From Octopus sinensis (Eukaryota): a stretch of 64,000 bases of DNA. The stretch covers positions 197,594,001-197,658,000 of the forward strand of contig NC_042998.1 in the NCBI RefSeq assembly GCF_006345805.1, given 5' to 3'. Under the pieces are notes generated by a model. It had not been told where the DNA came from and searched no databases. It saw nothing but the letters and a program-made list of their open reading frames with translations. Shown one piece after another: positions 38,286-50,612 of this stretch. The position numbers and the translations under genes were made by a program. The number at the start of each line of letters is the position of its first letter. Positions within the stretch are counted from its first letter, which is position 1.

Positions 38286-41200
38286 CTAGAAAATATTAAA
38301 CACAACACACAATTTATTAATAATATAAATGGGCAAAAATAGAAAAAAAAAATTACAATAGGCGTAGGAGTGGCTGTGTGGTAAGTAGCTTGTTTACCAA
38401 CCACATGGTTCCGGGTTCAGTCCCACGGCGTGGCATCTTGGGCAAGTGTCTTCTGCTATAGCCTCGGGCCGACCAATGCCTTGTGAGTGGATTTGGTAGA
38501 TGGAAACTGAAAGAAGCCCGTCATATGTATGTATATATATATATGCGTGTGTGTGTTTGTGTGTCTGTGTTTGTCCCCCTAGCATTGCTTGACAACCGAT
38601 GCTGGTGTGTTTAGGTCCCCGTCACTTAGCGGTTCGGCAAAAGAGACCGATAGAATAAGTACTGGGCTTACAAAAGAATAAGTCCTGGGGTCGAGTTGCT
38701 CGATTAAAGGCGGTGCTCCAGCATGGCCGCAGTCAAATGACTGAAACAAGTAAAAGAATAAATAGTGAATACATCAAGGATTGTCTATTGTGTAAATAAC
38801 TCTTCTGAGAAATACAGTTTCCACTTCGAAAAGTTATTCACAAGATTTGGGTATTACAACAACTACTGAGCTGTTTCTTTAAAAACACAAACACACTATA
38901 CAAGTATGCATTGCAAAGTTTGTGTATTCTGTATTCTAACACAACCTCCATGTTTAGTGAGAGATGAAGACCACCTTTTGATATTAATACTGCTTCTGTC
39001 TCAGTGTTAATAACGTTTTCTCTTTGTCTGCTTGTGATTCCAGAACAGTTTTTGTGTGACCATAGCTTACATTGAGAGTCTAGTGTTTGGCATTTATGCC
39101 TACTCCTTTTCTTCATATTGAGCAAGGCTAATTCCCTGAAGATATCAGACCCCTATTTTCTTTCCTGCTTACTGAAACCTTTGGTTAGAGCAGCGGACTC
39201 GTGGTCATAGGATTGCGGTTTCGATTCCCAGACTGGGCGTTGTGAGTGTTTATTGAGCGAAAACACCTAAAAGCTCCATGAGGCTCCGGCAGGGGATGGT
39301 GGTGATCCCTGCTGTACTCTTTCACCACAACTTTCTCTCTCACTCTTACTTCCTGTTTCTGTTGTACCTGTATTTCAAGGGGCCGGCCTTGTCACTCTCT
39401 GTGTCACGCTGAATATCCCCGAGAACTACGTTAAGGGTACGCGTGTCTGTGGAGTGCTCAGCCACTTACACATTAATTTCACGAGCAGGCTGTTCCGTTG
39501 ATTCGGATCAACCGGAACCCTCATCGTTGTAACCGATGGAGTGCTTCCATCCAGTCTTAGGAATGCTTACCTTGAAGTTCCTTGCTTCTAGGTTTAGTTT
39601 TCCCCTTTCGATTCAACTACGAGAAGTAGATAATGAGCATTTAGAGACAGTCTTGGTCTGTGTGACTTTTGATGAATACAAGAGGATTGAGGACTGCACT
39701 TGAATGGACCCCTCCCCTCAAATTCATCACTGAATTCATTACTCTTTACTCTTTTTACTCTTTTACTTGTTTCAGTCATTTGACTGCGGCCATGCTGGAG
39801 CACCGCCTTTAGTCGAGCAAATCGACCCCGGGACTTATTCTTTGTAAGCCCAGTACTTATTCTATCAGTGTCTTTTGCCGAACCGCTAAGTGATGGGGAC
39901 GTAAACACACCAGCATCGGTTGTCAAGCAATGCTAGGGGAACAAACACAGACACACAAACATATACACACACATACATATATATATATATATGTATACAT
40001 ATATACGACCGGCTTCTTTCAGTTTCCATCTACCAAATCCACTCATTAGCGTTGGTCGGCCCGGGGCTATAGCAAAAGACACTTGCCCAAGATGCCACGC
40101 AGTGGGACTGAACCCGGAACCATGTGGTTGGTTAGCAAGCTACTTACCACACAGCCACTCCTGCGCCTATTGTTGACTCTCTTTACTCTCCATACATAGC
40201 TTATAGAGTCCTCACAAGCCATTCGTCTACACCTAAGCCATTCATCTACATCTATCACTTTGTCTAATTATTCATTTATTCAGAGTTGTTAAAACTTCAC
40301 TGTTTTTACTCCGAGTTCAATGTGATGATGTTTGGAATAGTGACAAGACAGTGTTTTAGTTTAACCCTTTAGTGTTCAGATTATTCTGTTAACTGTAATA
40401 CTTTTTCACTCAAATTGTTTTGAATTAATCATGCATTAGCTTACAGCTTTGAGGTTTCAATGATGTGATTGTTTATTTTTAGAATGTCAATGTAGGTTAG
40501 GTGTGAGAGGCTAGATATGGCCAGTTCAAATATAAAACATGTAGAATATTTTGGACCGGATGTGGCCAGTTTAAACACTAAAGGGTTAAAATAACTAAAT
40601 ACACACACACACACTACTATTGTGTGAAAACTTATACACAGCCACACATACCCAATATAGTGATGAGATTAACCCCTTAAGTGGTAGACTACACAGTAAT
40701 ATCAAATAACTCACTCACAAAAATTCAGCAACAGACTCACATCACTAAATGTTCATTCATTACCATCAGCATCATTATCATCAGCATTTTCTTAGTGAGT
40801 AATGTTATTATCATCTTTAAAATCAAAATCAAATTCGATGACTGGCGTCCATGTTAGCAGGGTGCAAAGAGCACCATACGAGTGTGATCACTGACAGAGC
40901 GGCTACCAGCTTCCGTGTCAGTAGCACTTAAACGGTACCATTCGACCGTGATTGTTACTAGTATTGTGTTAAAGAGCACCATCCGAGTGTGATCGTTGCT
41001 AGAGCGGCTATCTGGCCTCCGTGCTGGTGGCACGTAAAAGACAGCATTCAAGCGTGATTGTTACCAACGTCGCCTTACTGGCACCTGTGCTGGTGGCATG
41101 TGTAAAAGATTCGAGTGAGGTCGTTGCCAGTACCGCCTGGCTGGCCCAGTGCTGGTGGCACGTAAAAGTACCCACCACACTCTCGGAATAGTTGGTGTTA

Positions 41201-41418
41201 GGAAGGGCATCCAGCTGTAGAAACTCTGCCAGATCAAGATTGAAGCCTGGTGCAGCCATCTGGTTCGCCAGCCCTCAGTCAAACCGTCCAACCCATGCTA
41301 GCATGGAAAGCGGACGTTAAACAATGATGATGATGATGATGATTATTCATCATTCACTGTTGCTATCATGCATTTAAGTAGCCTTTGAAAATAATATAAA
41401 GAAGCACTGTTTACTTAC

Positions 41419-41625
41419 AAACATCCTGCACTATCTGGATTTTATCTGGATTAACACAGACTTTACTGAAGGTGGATTCAGCCATGCTGAGCATGTGTGT
41501 TGTAAGTTCCATCTTTCTGCTCATTATGTGGACCATAGGCGTATGGCATTCACCGTAGTAGTTGGTGAAAGCGCAGACGAATATTATCGTGAGATTATCA
41601 TAATCCGTATACAGGATCTTTACAA
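41419..41625 (-). CDS. Tandem-lipocalin gene, domain 2 TDY exon
   Basis: ttattctttattgcag|TT ... GTTT|gtaagt; VKILYTDYDNLTIIFVCAFTNYYGECHTPMVHIMSRKMELTTHMLSMAESTFSKVCVNPDKIQIVQDV has SCR2 (TDY), C-x8-C and SCR3 (MSR); 207 nt, phase 1 to 1. Confidence 0.9.
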
Positions 41626-41909
41626 CTGCAATAAAGAATAAATATAGATTCAGAGAGAAAGGATCCTCACTAAAGGAAATATATTTATACACACACACAC
41701 ACACACACACAAGCATATATATATATATAGATAGATTCAAATAGTCAGATGCACCAGAATTTTGTATGGTGTTATCCATATAAATCCATGGCGTGATTAT
41801 AATCAAAGATAGCAACAAGAATATCTTCGGTAATTTGGTACAATCGTTTCATGCTACACCATGAAACGATTGTACCAAATTACCGAAGATATTCTTGTTG
41901 CTTACTTTG

Positions 41910-41951
<42 letters not shown>

Positions 41952-42208
41952 GGTTTGGAGATGATGTACAGGTGTTTAATATTAGAAGAAATGAGGTACT
42001 CACAAATTCGGATGGTTTTATATTTACAGATATTTATTTGTATATTACAAATAAATATCTGTAAATATATTTCTGAGTACCTCATTTTTTCTAATATATA
42101 TATATATATACACACACAGAGAGTGTGTAATAGAGAGAGAGAGAGAAAGGAGTTCACATCAAATGTAATACAGGATATATATTGACAATATTGTGTGCAA
42201 TATCTTAC

Positions 42209-42309
42209 GTGCAGAAAATGTGTACTTTGTTGTAAAATGTCCACTGAGATCATGAGCACATTGAGGTTGTATGTCACCAACAAATGCACCACTAGTGTCT
42301 GTCTTGTTG
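42209..42309 (-). CDS. Tandem-lipocalin gene, domain 2 middle exon
   Basis: ttcttgtttctttcag|C ... GCAC|gtaaga; NKTDTSGAFVGDIQPQCAHDLSGHFTTKYTFSA; 101 nt, phase 2 to 1. Confidence 0.82.
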
Positions 42310-42829
42310 CTGAAAGAAACAAGAATAGCAAAGATCATTTAGAAGAGGAATACTGTTAGGATACAAGATTGAACATCATCATCATCATCATCATCGTTTA
42401 ACATCTGCTTTCCATGCTGGCATGGGTTGGACAGTTTGACAGGAGCTGGCCAGGCAGAAGACTGCACCAGGCTTCAGTGTCTGTTTTGGCATGGATTTTT
42501 ACAGCTGGACGCCCTTCCTAACACCAACCACCCTGCAGAGTGGACTGAGTGTATTTTTTGCAGCACCATCACAGGCGAGGTCAGTTTTGGCATGGTTTTT
42601 ACAGCTGGATGCCCTTTCAAATGCCAACCACTTTACAGTGTGGACTGGGTGCTTTTTTTATGTGGCACCAAAACTGGCTGGGTCACCAAGTAACTTGCAA
42701 GTCCTTTGAGAGAGGGAGGGGGAATTGGAGGTGATGAAAGGTTAGAGTGTGGCAGAGAGACAGAAACAACTGAATCAGAGATAGGTAAAGAGAGAGAGAT
42801 GCAGATTGCACTACACTTTAAAACAACTT

Positions 42830-43290
42830 GCATTCCTGTATTTGTATTGCCCAGTGTCCTGGGCATGGACAGATTGAAACTCCGACGTCTGGCAGCTGAC
42901 TTGGCAGACACCCATAAAATTATTAACCATCTTACAATCAATAACTCCGAGCACCTTTTCAAACTCCACCTGTCTAACACCCATGGACATGTTTACAAAG
43001 TCAGAAAACAGCGCAGCTCCCATGACTTTCAGAAAAATTTTTTCACACTAAGAGTTGCTGAAGCATGGAACAAACTGCCGGTTGTTAGTTGTCGGAGCAC
43101 TGCATCCTTCAAAACTTCCATGCTTCCTGAGATTCGCCAACACTACACCTGATTTTCTCTCCCCTCCATACACACGCAAGCATGTATCTGACTCATACAC
43201 TGTTCGCTTTCCAGACATTTGTACATTACTGCATATACTTTATATGCACTTTTGACAAGTTGTGGTGCACCTGAGCACTGTATACAATAA
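42830..43290 (+). mobile_element. CR1-type LINE 3' fragment
   Basis: LKLRRLAADL...THGHVYKVRKQRSSHDFQKNFFTLRVAEAWNKLP is the CR1 ORF2 C-terminus. A shorter copy lies at 28960-29255. Confidence 0.8.
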
Positions 43291-44037
43291 TTTCTTTATT
43301 ATAATGTCATAGGATGGCTGGTATGGTGTAGTGTATTAGAATGGCTTGCACAATGTAAAAGGGCAGCTGGTACAGTGCATGGCCACAGCTGCTGTGATAC
43401 CCTGTATAAGGAGACTGGTGTGATATAGTGTATCACAACTAATATAGTACAGGAATTAGGAAAGCTCATGGAGTATTGTGTGGTGTAATATAATGCAATA
43501 GTAATATTGTGTTGTCTAATATAGCAGCCATACTATTAATGTATTTCTAACCAATGTCCATATCTCTGTCCCATGCGAAATGCTTAGCGGTATTTCGTCT
43601 GTCGTTACGTTCTGAGTTCAAATTCCGCCGAGGTCAACTTTACCTTTCATCCTTTCGGGGTCAATAAATAAAGTACCAATTTCGCACTGGGTGGGTGGGG
43701 GGTCGATGTAATCGACATAATCCCTTTGTCTGTCCTTGTTTGTCCCCTCTATGTTTAGCCCCTTGTGGGTAGTAAAGAAATAGGTATTTTGTCTGCCGTT
43801 ACGTTCTGAGTTCAAATTCCGCCGAGGTCAACTTTACCTTTCATCCTTTCGGGGTCGATAAATAAAGTACCAATTTCGCACTGGCGGGGGGGGGGGGGGC
43901 GATGTAATCGACTTAATCCCTTTGTCTGTCCTTGTTTGTCCCCTCTATGTTTAGCCCCTTGTGGGCAATAAAAAAAAAATACATATCTCTGTCCCATGGT
44001 AACAACACTTGTCTTACTATTGTAATGTAATACTTAC

Positions 44038-44174
44038 TTAGCATATTGATATCCAAGTTTTAAATGTCCATCTGTGTCCTCATAGAATTGAACTCTGTGT
44101 GTATGGTTTGCACCCCTCTTTCCTATTTGGTCAGGGATATCAGAATGCGCTACTTCATACCATGTTCCAAGAAG
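44038..44174 (-). CDS. Tandem-lipocalin gene, domain 2 GxWY exon
   Basis: caatcatttcag|CTT ... GCTAA|gtaagt; LLGTWYEVAHSDIPDQIGKRGANHTHRVQFYEDTDGHLKLGYQYA; 137 nt, phase 0 to 2. Confidence 0.9.
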
Positions 44175-44339
44175 CTGAAATGATTGAAGCAAATGTTGGC
44201 TATTAGCTGTAATAATTCAGGAAAATAAAGAATGCCATTTATCAATTTAGAAATGAAAGATTAGCAATTTAGGAAATTCAATTTCCTGTGTAATTATTTC
44301 CTTTATAGACACAAGAGTCTCTGCTTTTATAAGGTATAA

Positions 44340-44727
44340 AAGGAGGCGCAATGGCCCAGTGGTTAGGGCAGCGGACTCGCAGTCATAGGATCGCGGTTTC
44401 GATTCCCAGACCGGGCGTTGTGAGTGTTTATTGAGCGAAAACACCTAAAGCTCCACGAGGCTCTGGCAGGGGATGGTGGTGATCCCTGCTGTACTCTTTC
44501 ACCACAACTTTCTCTCACTCTTACTTCCTGTTTCTGTTGTACCTGTATTTCAAAGGGCTGGCCTTGTCACTCTCTGTGTCACGCTGAATATCTCTGAGAA
44601 CTACTTTAAGGGTACACGTGTCTGTGGAGTGCTCAGCCACTTACACGTTAATTTCACGAGTAGGCTGTTCCGTTGATTCAGATCAACCGGAACCCTCATT
44701 GTCGTAACTGATGGAGTGCTTCCATCA
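44340..44727 (+). mobile_element. tRNA(Arg)-derived SINE family C
   Basis: ggcccagtggttagggcagcggactcgc...gtttcgattcc head. Copies at about 300-675 (-), 39178-39550 (+) and 53635-54005 (-), and a relative at 44785-44990. Confidence 0.88.
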
Positions 44728-45425
44728 TCATAAGGTATAAAGCAGGTGGGATTTACTCAAGTAACCCTACTGAAATTGTGGAGGCACATGGCCTAGTGAT
44801 TCGAGCGGCGGACTCGCGGTCGAGGGATCATGGATTCGAATCTCAGACTGGGTGATGTGTGTGTTTATGAGCGAAACACCTAAGCTCCACGCGGCTCCGG
44901 CAGAAGGTAATGGTGAACTTTTGCTGACTCTTTTGCCACAATTTTCTCTCACTCTTTCCTCCTGCATCTTGCAGCTCACCAGCGTCCCATCCAGGTGAGG
45001 AACCTATACGCCAAGGAAACTGGGAAACCGGCCCTTATGAGCCAGGAGTGGCTTGAGAAGGAACAAACAAAAAAAAAAACTGAAATTGTAGCTATAAAAG
45101 TGGTAATCATTATAGTAGTATCGGTGCAAGTAACAAAGGTGTTCATGATAATAGTAGGAGTAGAATTAGTACTGGTTGTAGTAGTAGTAGTAGTTGTACT
45201 AGCACTGATGATTATATTAGTTGATTTAGTAATGGTATTGGTAATAGTAGAAGTATTAGTGACAATACTGGTGGTATTAGTGTTAGTAATAGTAGAAACT
45301 GGTATTAGTAATAGTGGTAACAGGTTGTAGTTTTGATGCTAATTGTAGTATTTATGGTGGGAATGTTAGTATTGATGACCAAAGAAGTAGTGGGCTGGCA
45401 GAATTATTAAGGCATTGAAATAAAT

Positions 45426-46147
45426 GAGGCATTTAGTAACAGACTGTTGAAAGCGCCAAAACTTAAAAGCCGAAAAAAGCACAGTTAAAGTTTTGCAACC
45501 TTCAGAATGCAATATCTTGGCAAGAAATGAAGTTAGGAAGCTAGTTTTGGTCTTAAAATGACCATGAAGACCTCCTCTAGTCATTCGACCTGTGTAAAAT
45601 TAATTATTATGTATGCGTCTGAAAGATGAAACAGTGACTGCATCTGTCTCATTTTATAGAATATCCTGGTACTATGAAACGGTGTACCAAATTACATATT
45701 TTAGCCACAATACCTAGAAAAAACATACAGAGACCCCACCCAAAGGTATTGTTTGTGCTTTAATATACCAAGGTAAGAATCTTTAAGTGGTAGGTAAAAC
45801 AAGATAATAAGACAATAGCCCATTATCGTTATGATGGTAACAAGGAATATTAACAAAATGAACCTTAACACCTTGAAAAACGATACAGGGACCACACCAA
45901 AGTTATTGATTGAGCATGTGGTGTGCTTACAATGGTGTGTTACTAAACTCTCTGGTCTGAGTTTGGGTGAGCGAGCATCGTGTTTGTAGCGTTGAGGTAT
46001 AATAATTTTTTTCAGCTGGATTTCAACCTTATTGCAAGCCTCATTGGTTCTTCCTCCCAACTTTTTCGGATTCTAGACGTTGAGACAAAGAAATTGAGAT
46101 ACTAACCTCGAAAATGTTGTGCTTATGACACTGTTACTAAATGCCTC
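45426..46147. mobile_element. Non-autonomous TIR element, Sola2-like
   Basis: Perfect 17-bp TIR GAGGCATTTAGTAACAG with a 4-bp TSD AAAT. GRG termini with 4-bp TSDs are typical of Sola2. Confidence 0.55.
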
Positions 46148-47705
46148 AAATGCTTTGCAGAATTTCTTCAGATTGTTCCGTGTTCCAGTCATGCTGAAGT
46201 CATCTTTTCTTTTCATCCTTTCAGGGTTGATAAAATAAAGTACCAGTCATGTACTGGAGTCAATGTGATCAACTAACCCCTTATTATTATTATTATGGGA
46301 TTTTCTTCTTCTTTCAAATTTGCTTCCATTTCTTGCCGAGTGTCTTCCCGACCCCTAGGGCAAAGAAACTCATAGTATACATTGGTAGGCCATTAGACTA
46401 AACTCACTAGTTCGTTCATTTTTTTTTTTTTTTTGATAGAAATAAAGTTAAATTAAAATACATGGGTAGTAATAGTTCTCACATCGACAATGCTCTTCTC
46501 AATACATGTGATGTACCAGTTAAGACAATCTTTTGCACTTCTTAATCTTCGACTTAATCTGTTTGTCTGTCCTTGTTTGTCCCCTCTATGTTTAGCCCCT
46601 TGTGGGTAGTAAAGAAATAGGTATTTCATCTGCCGCAACATTCTGAGTTCAAATTCCGCCGAGGTCGACTTTGCCTTTCATCCTTTCGGGGTCGATTAAA
46701 TAAGTACCAGTTACACACTGGGGTCGATGTAATCGACTTAATCCGTTTGTCTGTCCTTGTTTGTCCTCTCTGTGTTTAGCCCCTTGTGGGTAGTAAAGAC
46801 TCTGTGTTTAGCTCCTTGTGGGTGGTAAAGAAATAGGTAGGAGTCTGAGGAGTACTCGGTCACTTGCATGTTAATTTCATGAGTAGGCTTTTCTGTTGAC
46901 CAGATCAACTGGAACCCTTGTCGTTGTAACTGATGGAGGCCCAGTTTTCAGTTCTCTCTGTCCCCAATCAATTTATCATCTTAGTCTCTCTAGTTCCTGC
47001 CACGTTGTTGTATTTTCACTTTTTCATCTAATTACTCTTTTACTCTTTTACTTGTTTCAGTCATTTGACTACGGCCATGCTGGAGCACCGCCTTTAGTCG
47101 AGCAAATCGATCCCGGGACTTATTCTTTGTAAGCCCAGTACTTATTCTATCGGTCTCTTTTGCCGAACCGCTAAGTGACGGGGACATAAACACACCAGCA
47201 TCGGTTGTCAAGCAATGTTAGGGGAATAAACACAGACACACAAACATATACACACACATACATATATATATATACATATATACGACTGGCTTCTTTCAGT
47301 TTCCGTCTACCAAATCGACTCACAAGGCTTTGGTCAGCCCGAGGCTATAGTAGAAGACACTTGCCCAAGATGCCACGCAGTGGGACTGAACCCGGAACCA
47401 TGTGGTTGGTAAGCAAGCTACTTACCACACAGCCACTCTTATAATACATCAACATTGCCAGTGTAAAATTTCTCCAAACAGATATAATTAGGGAACCTTT
47501 ATGTGTGGTCACTTGACATGCTAGAAAGAGCAGTAAATTTTTCTTGAAATTACACCTGATCAGAAAAGGAAACATGCCCAGAAAAATGCAATTTGGTGCC
47601 TGGGAAAAAAAAAAAAAAATTTGATGGTCATGGCTGTAGTGTCTTGGACTACATTCCTACTTAGAGCTGAGTTAAAGCTAAAGAATATCAACAACAACAA
47701 CAAAC

Positions 47706-47797
47706 CTTTGACTGGTTGTAGTTTTCAATACCAGGAATATTTTCCACAGAGCATGTAGTATGTGTGTTGTTCGTCAATTTTGTAGGTTCTGTGAAAT
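47706..47797 (-). CDS. Tandem-lipocalin gene, linker plus domain 2 N-terminal Cys exon
   Basis: tatccttaattctag|AT ... AAG|gtttgt; (N)FTEPTKLTNNTHTTCSVENIPGIENYNQSK resembles RBP4 CRVSSFRVKENFDKAR (recalled); 92 nt, phase 1 to 0, joining the domains in frame. Confidence 0.78.
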
Positions 47798-47951
47798 CTA
47801 GAATTAAGGATATACAAAACTATATTATAGTGAAGATCAAATAGTGTGTGTGTTTAGTTGGCAAAGAAAAAAAACAAAACAAACCATCCTCAAGTATTAC
47901 AATGTCTGTTTAAACACACATTTTCACATGAAGAATTGTGCCAAACAATTA

Positions 47952-49709
47952 CGAGGTCTGATCAACAAGTATCTGGACTGGTGCTATAAAAACAAAACTA
48001 CAGCACATATCAATTTGGCATTTAATCTCCTTCAAACTAGTCCCCTTCAGAAGCCACACACTTAATCCAGTACCGTTTCCAATGATGGAAGCATTCCTGG
48101 AACTCGTTTTCTGAGATAATCAGCAGCCACCTCACTGCATTTACTTTGATTTCCTCGACATCCTGAAACCATCTTCCTTTCAAGTGGGATTTGATTTTTG
48201 GAAAGAGGAAAAAGTCGCAAGGGCAAGATTAAGGGAAAATGGTGGCTGTTGGACTTGGGAAATGCTCTGCCAAAAACTGCTGCACAAGCTGTGCTGAACA
48301 TGCAGGCGCGTTGTCATGATGAAATTGTCACTCACTGGAGACATGCAATTGTGGACTTTTCTGACAAATAGCATCTGCTATAGCCCCGGGCCGACCAATG
48401 CCTTGTGAGTGGATTTGGTAGACGGAAACTGAAAGAAGCCTGTCGTATATATGTATATATGTATGTGTGTGTGTGTTTGTCCCCCTAGCATTGCTTAACA
48501 ACCGATGCTGGTGTGTTTACGCCCCCGTTACTTAGCGGTTCGGCAAAAGAGACCGCTAGAATAAGTACTGGGCTTACAAAGAATAAGTCCCGGGGTCTAT
48601 TTGCTCGACTAAAGGCGGTGCTCCAGCATGGCCACAGTCAAATGACTGAAACAAGTAAAAGAGTAAAGAGAGTATGCAAATGCCACAAAATGTCATAGTA
48701 GTACTCCTTGTTTATTGTCTGACCTGGTGGAGAATACTCTTGATGAACAATCCCCTTGTGGTCGAAGAAAAGGGTCAACAGTGTCTTCAAATTACTTCAA
48801 ATCATTTGCGCTTTCTTCAATCTCTGAGAAATTGAGGTCTTCCACTGTGAAGACTGAGCCTTTGTTTCGGGGTCATAGCCATAGACCCATGATTCATCAC
48901 CTGTTATGACCGTTTTCAAAAAGTTTACATCGTTCTCAACACAATCAAGGAGATCTTATACAACTAAAACCGGAGTATCTTTTTGATCAGCTGAAAGCAG
49001 TTTTGGCACAATCTTAGCAGACACATGTCTCGTACCCAAATCTTCAGTGATAATGGACTGAACTGAACTGTAACTAATCTGCACATCCTCATCTTCATCA
49101 TCGTTTAACGTCCGCTTTCCATGCTAGCATGGGTTGGACGGTTTGACTGTGGACTGGCGAACCAGATGGCTGTACCAGGCTTCAATCTTGATCTGGCAGA
49201 GTTTCTACAGCTGGATGCCCTTCCTAACGCCAACCACTGGTAACTCATGGATGGCAATTCAATGATTTCTCCTCACAGCTGCACATACATCAGCAATGTT
49301 TCTTTCAGTTCTGCTGGTTGCTGGTCTCTCAGAACATTCATCACTATTGACATTTTTTCAGCCATCTTGGAAACGTCTGAACCTCTCATACACCTGTGTG
49401 TGGCTCATACACCCCTCTCCATACACTTTCTGTTACTTTGTGTAGGTCTCTGAGCAGGTTTCACCAAGCTTTTGGCAAAATTTGATGCAGATTCTCTGCT
49501 CAACTTTTTCTGTCATGGTCAATGGGATGATCACACACTACACATGTTCCTTCCAAGCACTGCCGTAAACAGCGGAAGTGAGATAGAACGTTAAAACTTA
49601 GTTGCATGCACAGCAGAGTTTAAGGTCAATCTGTGCCAAATGGCTTCATTTTGTGTGCCTTAGCTTCATTACTATGGCAACAGTTTGGATATTTATTGAT
49701 CAGACCACG
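47952..49709 (-). mobile_element. Decayed mariner (Tc1/mariner) transposon with transposase pseudogene and nested SINEs
   Basis: TA-flanked imperfect TIRs cgaggtctgatcaacaagtatc / cgtggtctgatcaataaatatc. Minus-strand remnants MTEKVEQRICIKFCQKLGETCSETY (HTH) and CDFFLFPKIKSHLKGRWFQDVEEIK...ECFHHWKRYWIKCVASEG carry stops. SINEs are inserted near 48380-48670 and 49090-49240. Confidence 0.9.
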
Positions 49710-49989
49710 TACATAAATATAATGAATTATAACAGTTTATTAGATTAGCTGGAGATAAAATTGTAATGGTGGATGTAGTTATAGTGGAAGATATAGATGT
49801 TGGTATGGAGGTGTATTAATGATGATGGATATTGTTGTAGTGGTATGACATTCAAATTGTGAATCATGAAAGTTTTTGGCTGAAGAAGAATGAGTGTGAG
49901 AGACACAAAGAAGGGGAATTAGATAGAAAGATAGACAGATTGGGAAAAAAGGAAGACAGATGTAGACAGTGAAATTGATTGGTATAGAG

Positions 49990-50213
49990 CAGGGGTGGGC
50001 AAACTACAGCCCGCAGATGTATGCGGCCCGCCATAGGTTTTCATGCGGCCCACCGAGAGCTTTTATGAATCCCAACTTCTATGCAGATACTTCGTAACTG
50101 TTTCAGTTGTACAGTAATTCACAATATTTTCACTTGATTTTTATAAATGAGGCCCGCCAAGGTTCCAAAGACGCACTGTGCGGCCCGCGATCAAAAAAGT
50201 TTGCCCACCCCTG
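49990..50213. mobile_element. hAT (Charlie-type) MITE
   Basis: TIR caggggtgggcaaact / agtttgcccacccctg with an exact 8-bp TSD GTATAGAG. Confidence 0.88.
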
Positions 50214-50396
50214 GTATAGAGGGATAAAGACTGGAAGAAGAAAGATAAAGAGCAATAGAGACAGATGAGGATAAAAACAAAGAAAAAGACGGAAGGAAAG
50301 AGAGATAGAGTAAGATTGTGAGAAATTAAGTTAGGACAGCTTGGGATGAGGGTAGATTGAAGAAACATTTCTGAAAAATGTACCAATTTTACTTAC

Positions 50397-50612
50397 TCAG
50401 TGATGGAAATGTTACTGTATTCAGTTGAGAAATATTCAAGCATAGGAATGGCTGAAAGTTTTTTAGTTTCTCCAGGGTACCGTTTGTCATTTGTTTTTGT
50501 CTGGAGTATACCATGAGTGAAACACTATTTGTATCACACTTTCCGGTACTTTCTTCTGGGCATGAGTATATGAATTGAGTGTCTTCATCAATGTAGGCCA
50601 CGTGATGTTCAT
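50397..50612 (-). CDS. Tandem-lipocalin gene, domain 1 C-terminal exon
   Basis: ttcttttcctccctag|AT ... CTGA|gtaagt; (Y)EHHVAYIDEDTQFIYSCPEESTGKCDTNSVSLMVYSRQKQMTNGTLEKLKNFQPFLCLNISQLNTVTFPSL has the YSC-x7-C loop and SCR3 (YSR); 216 nt, phase 1 to 1. Confidence 0.85.

Noticed and set aside
39571-39616. 46-nt minus-strand segment with a strong donor (AAG|gtaagc)
   Set aside because: Only the phase 0 to 1 frame is open, so it cannot follow the phase-1 exon ending at 41419; no lipocalin features.
44340-44415. tRNA(Arg)-like sequence as a tRNA gene
   Set aside because: It is the head of a SINE with a fixed downstream body present in several copies, and it lacks a proper acceptor stem and terminator.
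44995-45330. Hydrophobic Val/Ile/Leu ORF as the missing PIGK transmembrane exon
   Set aside because: It is a degenerate (GTA/TAG)n repeat lying within the opposite-strand lipocalin gene, with no credible acceptor in the right phase.
45366-45584. GHFKTKTSFLTSFLAKILHSEG resembling the spliced lipocalin GHFTTKYTFSALVKILYTDY (possible captured cDNA)
   Set aside because: The similarity is short and gapped, upstream motif spacing does not match, and in-frame stops intervene. Probably chance; a profile alignment would settle it.
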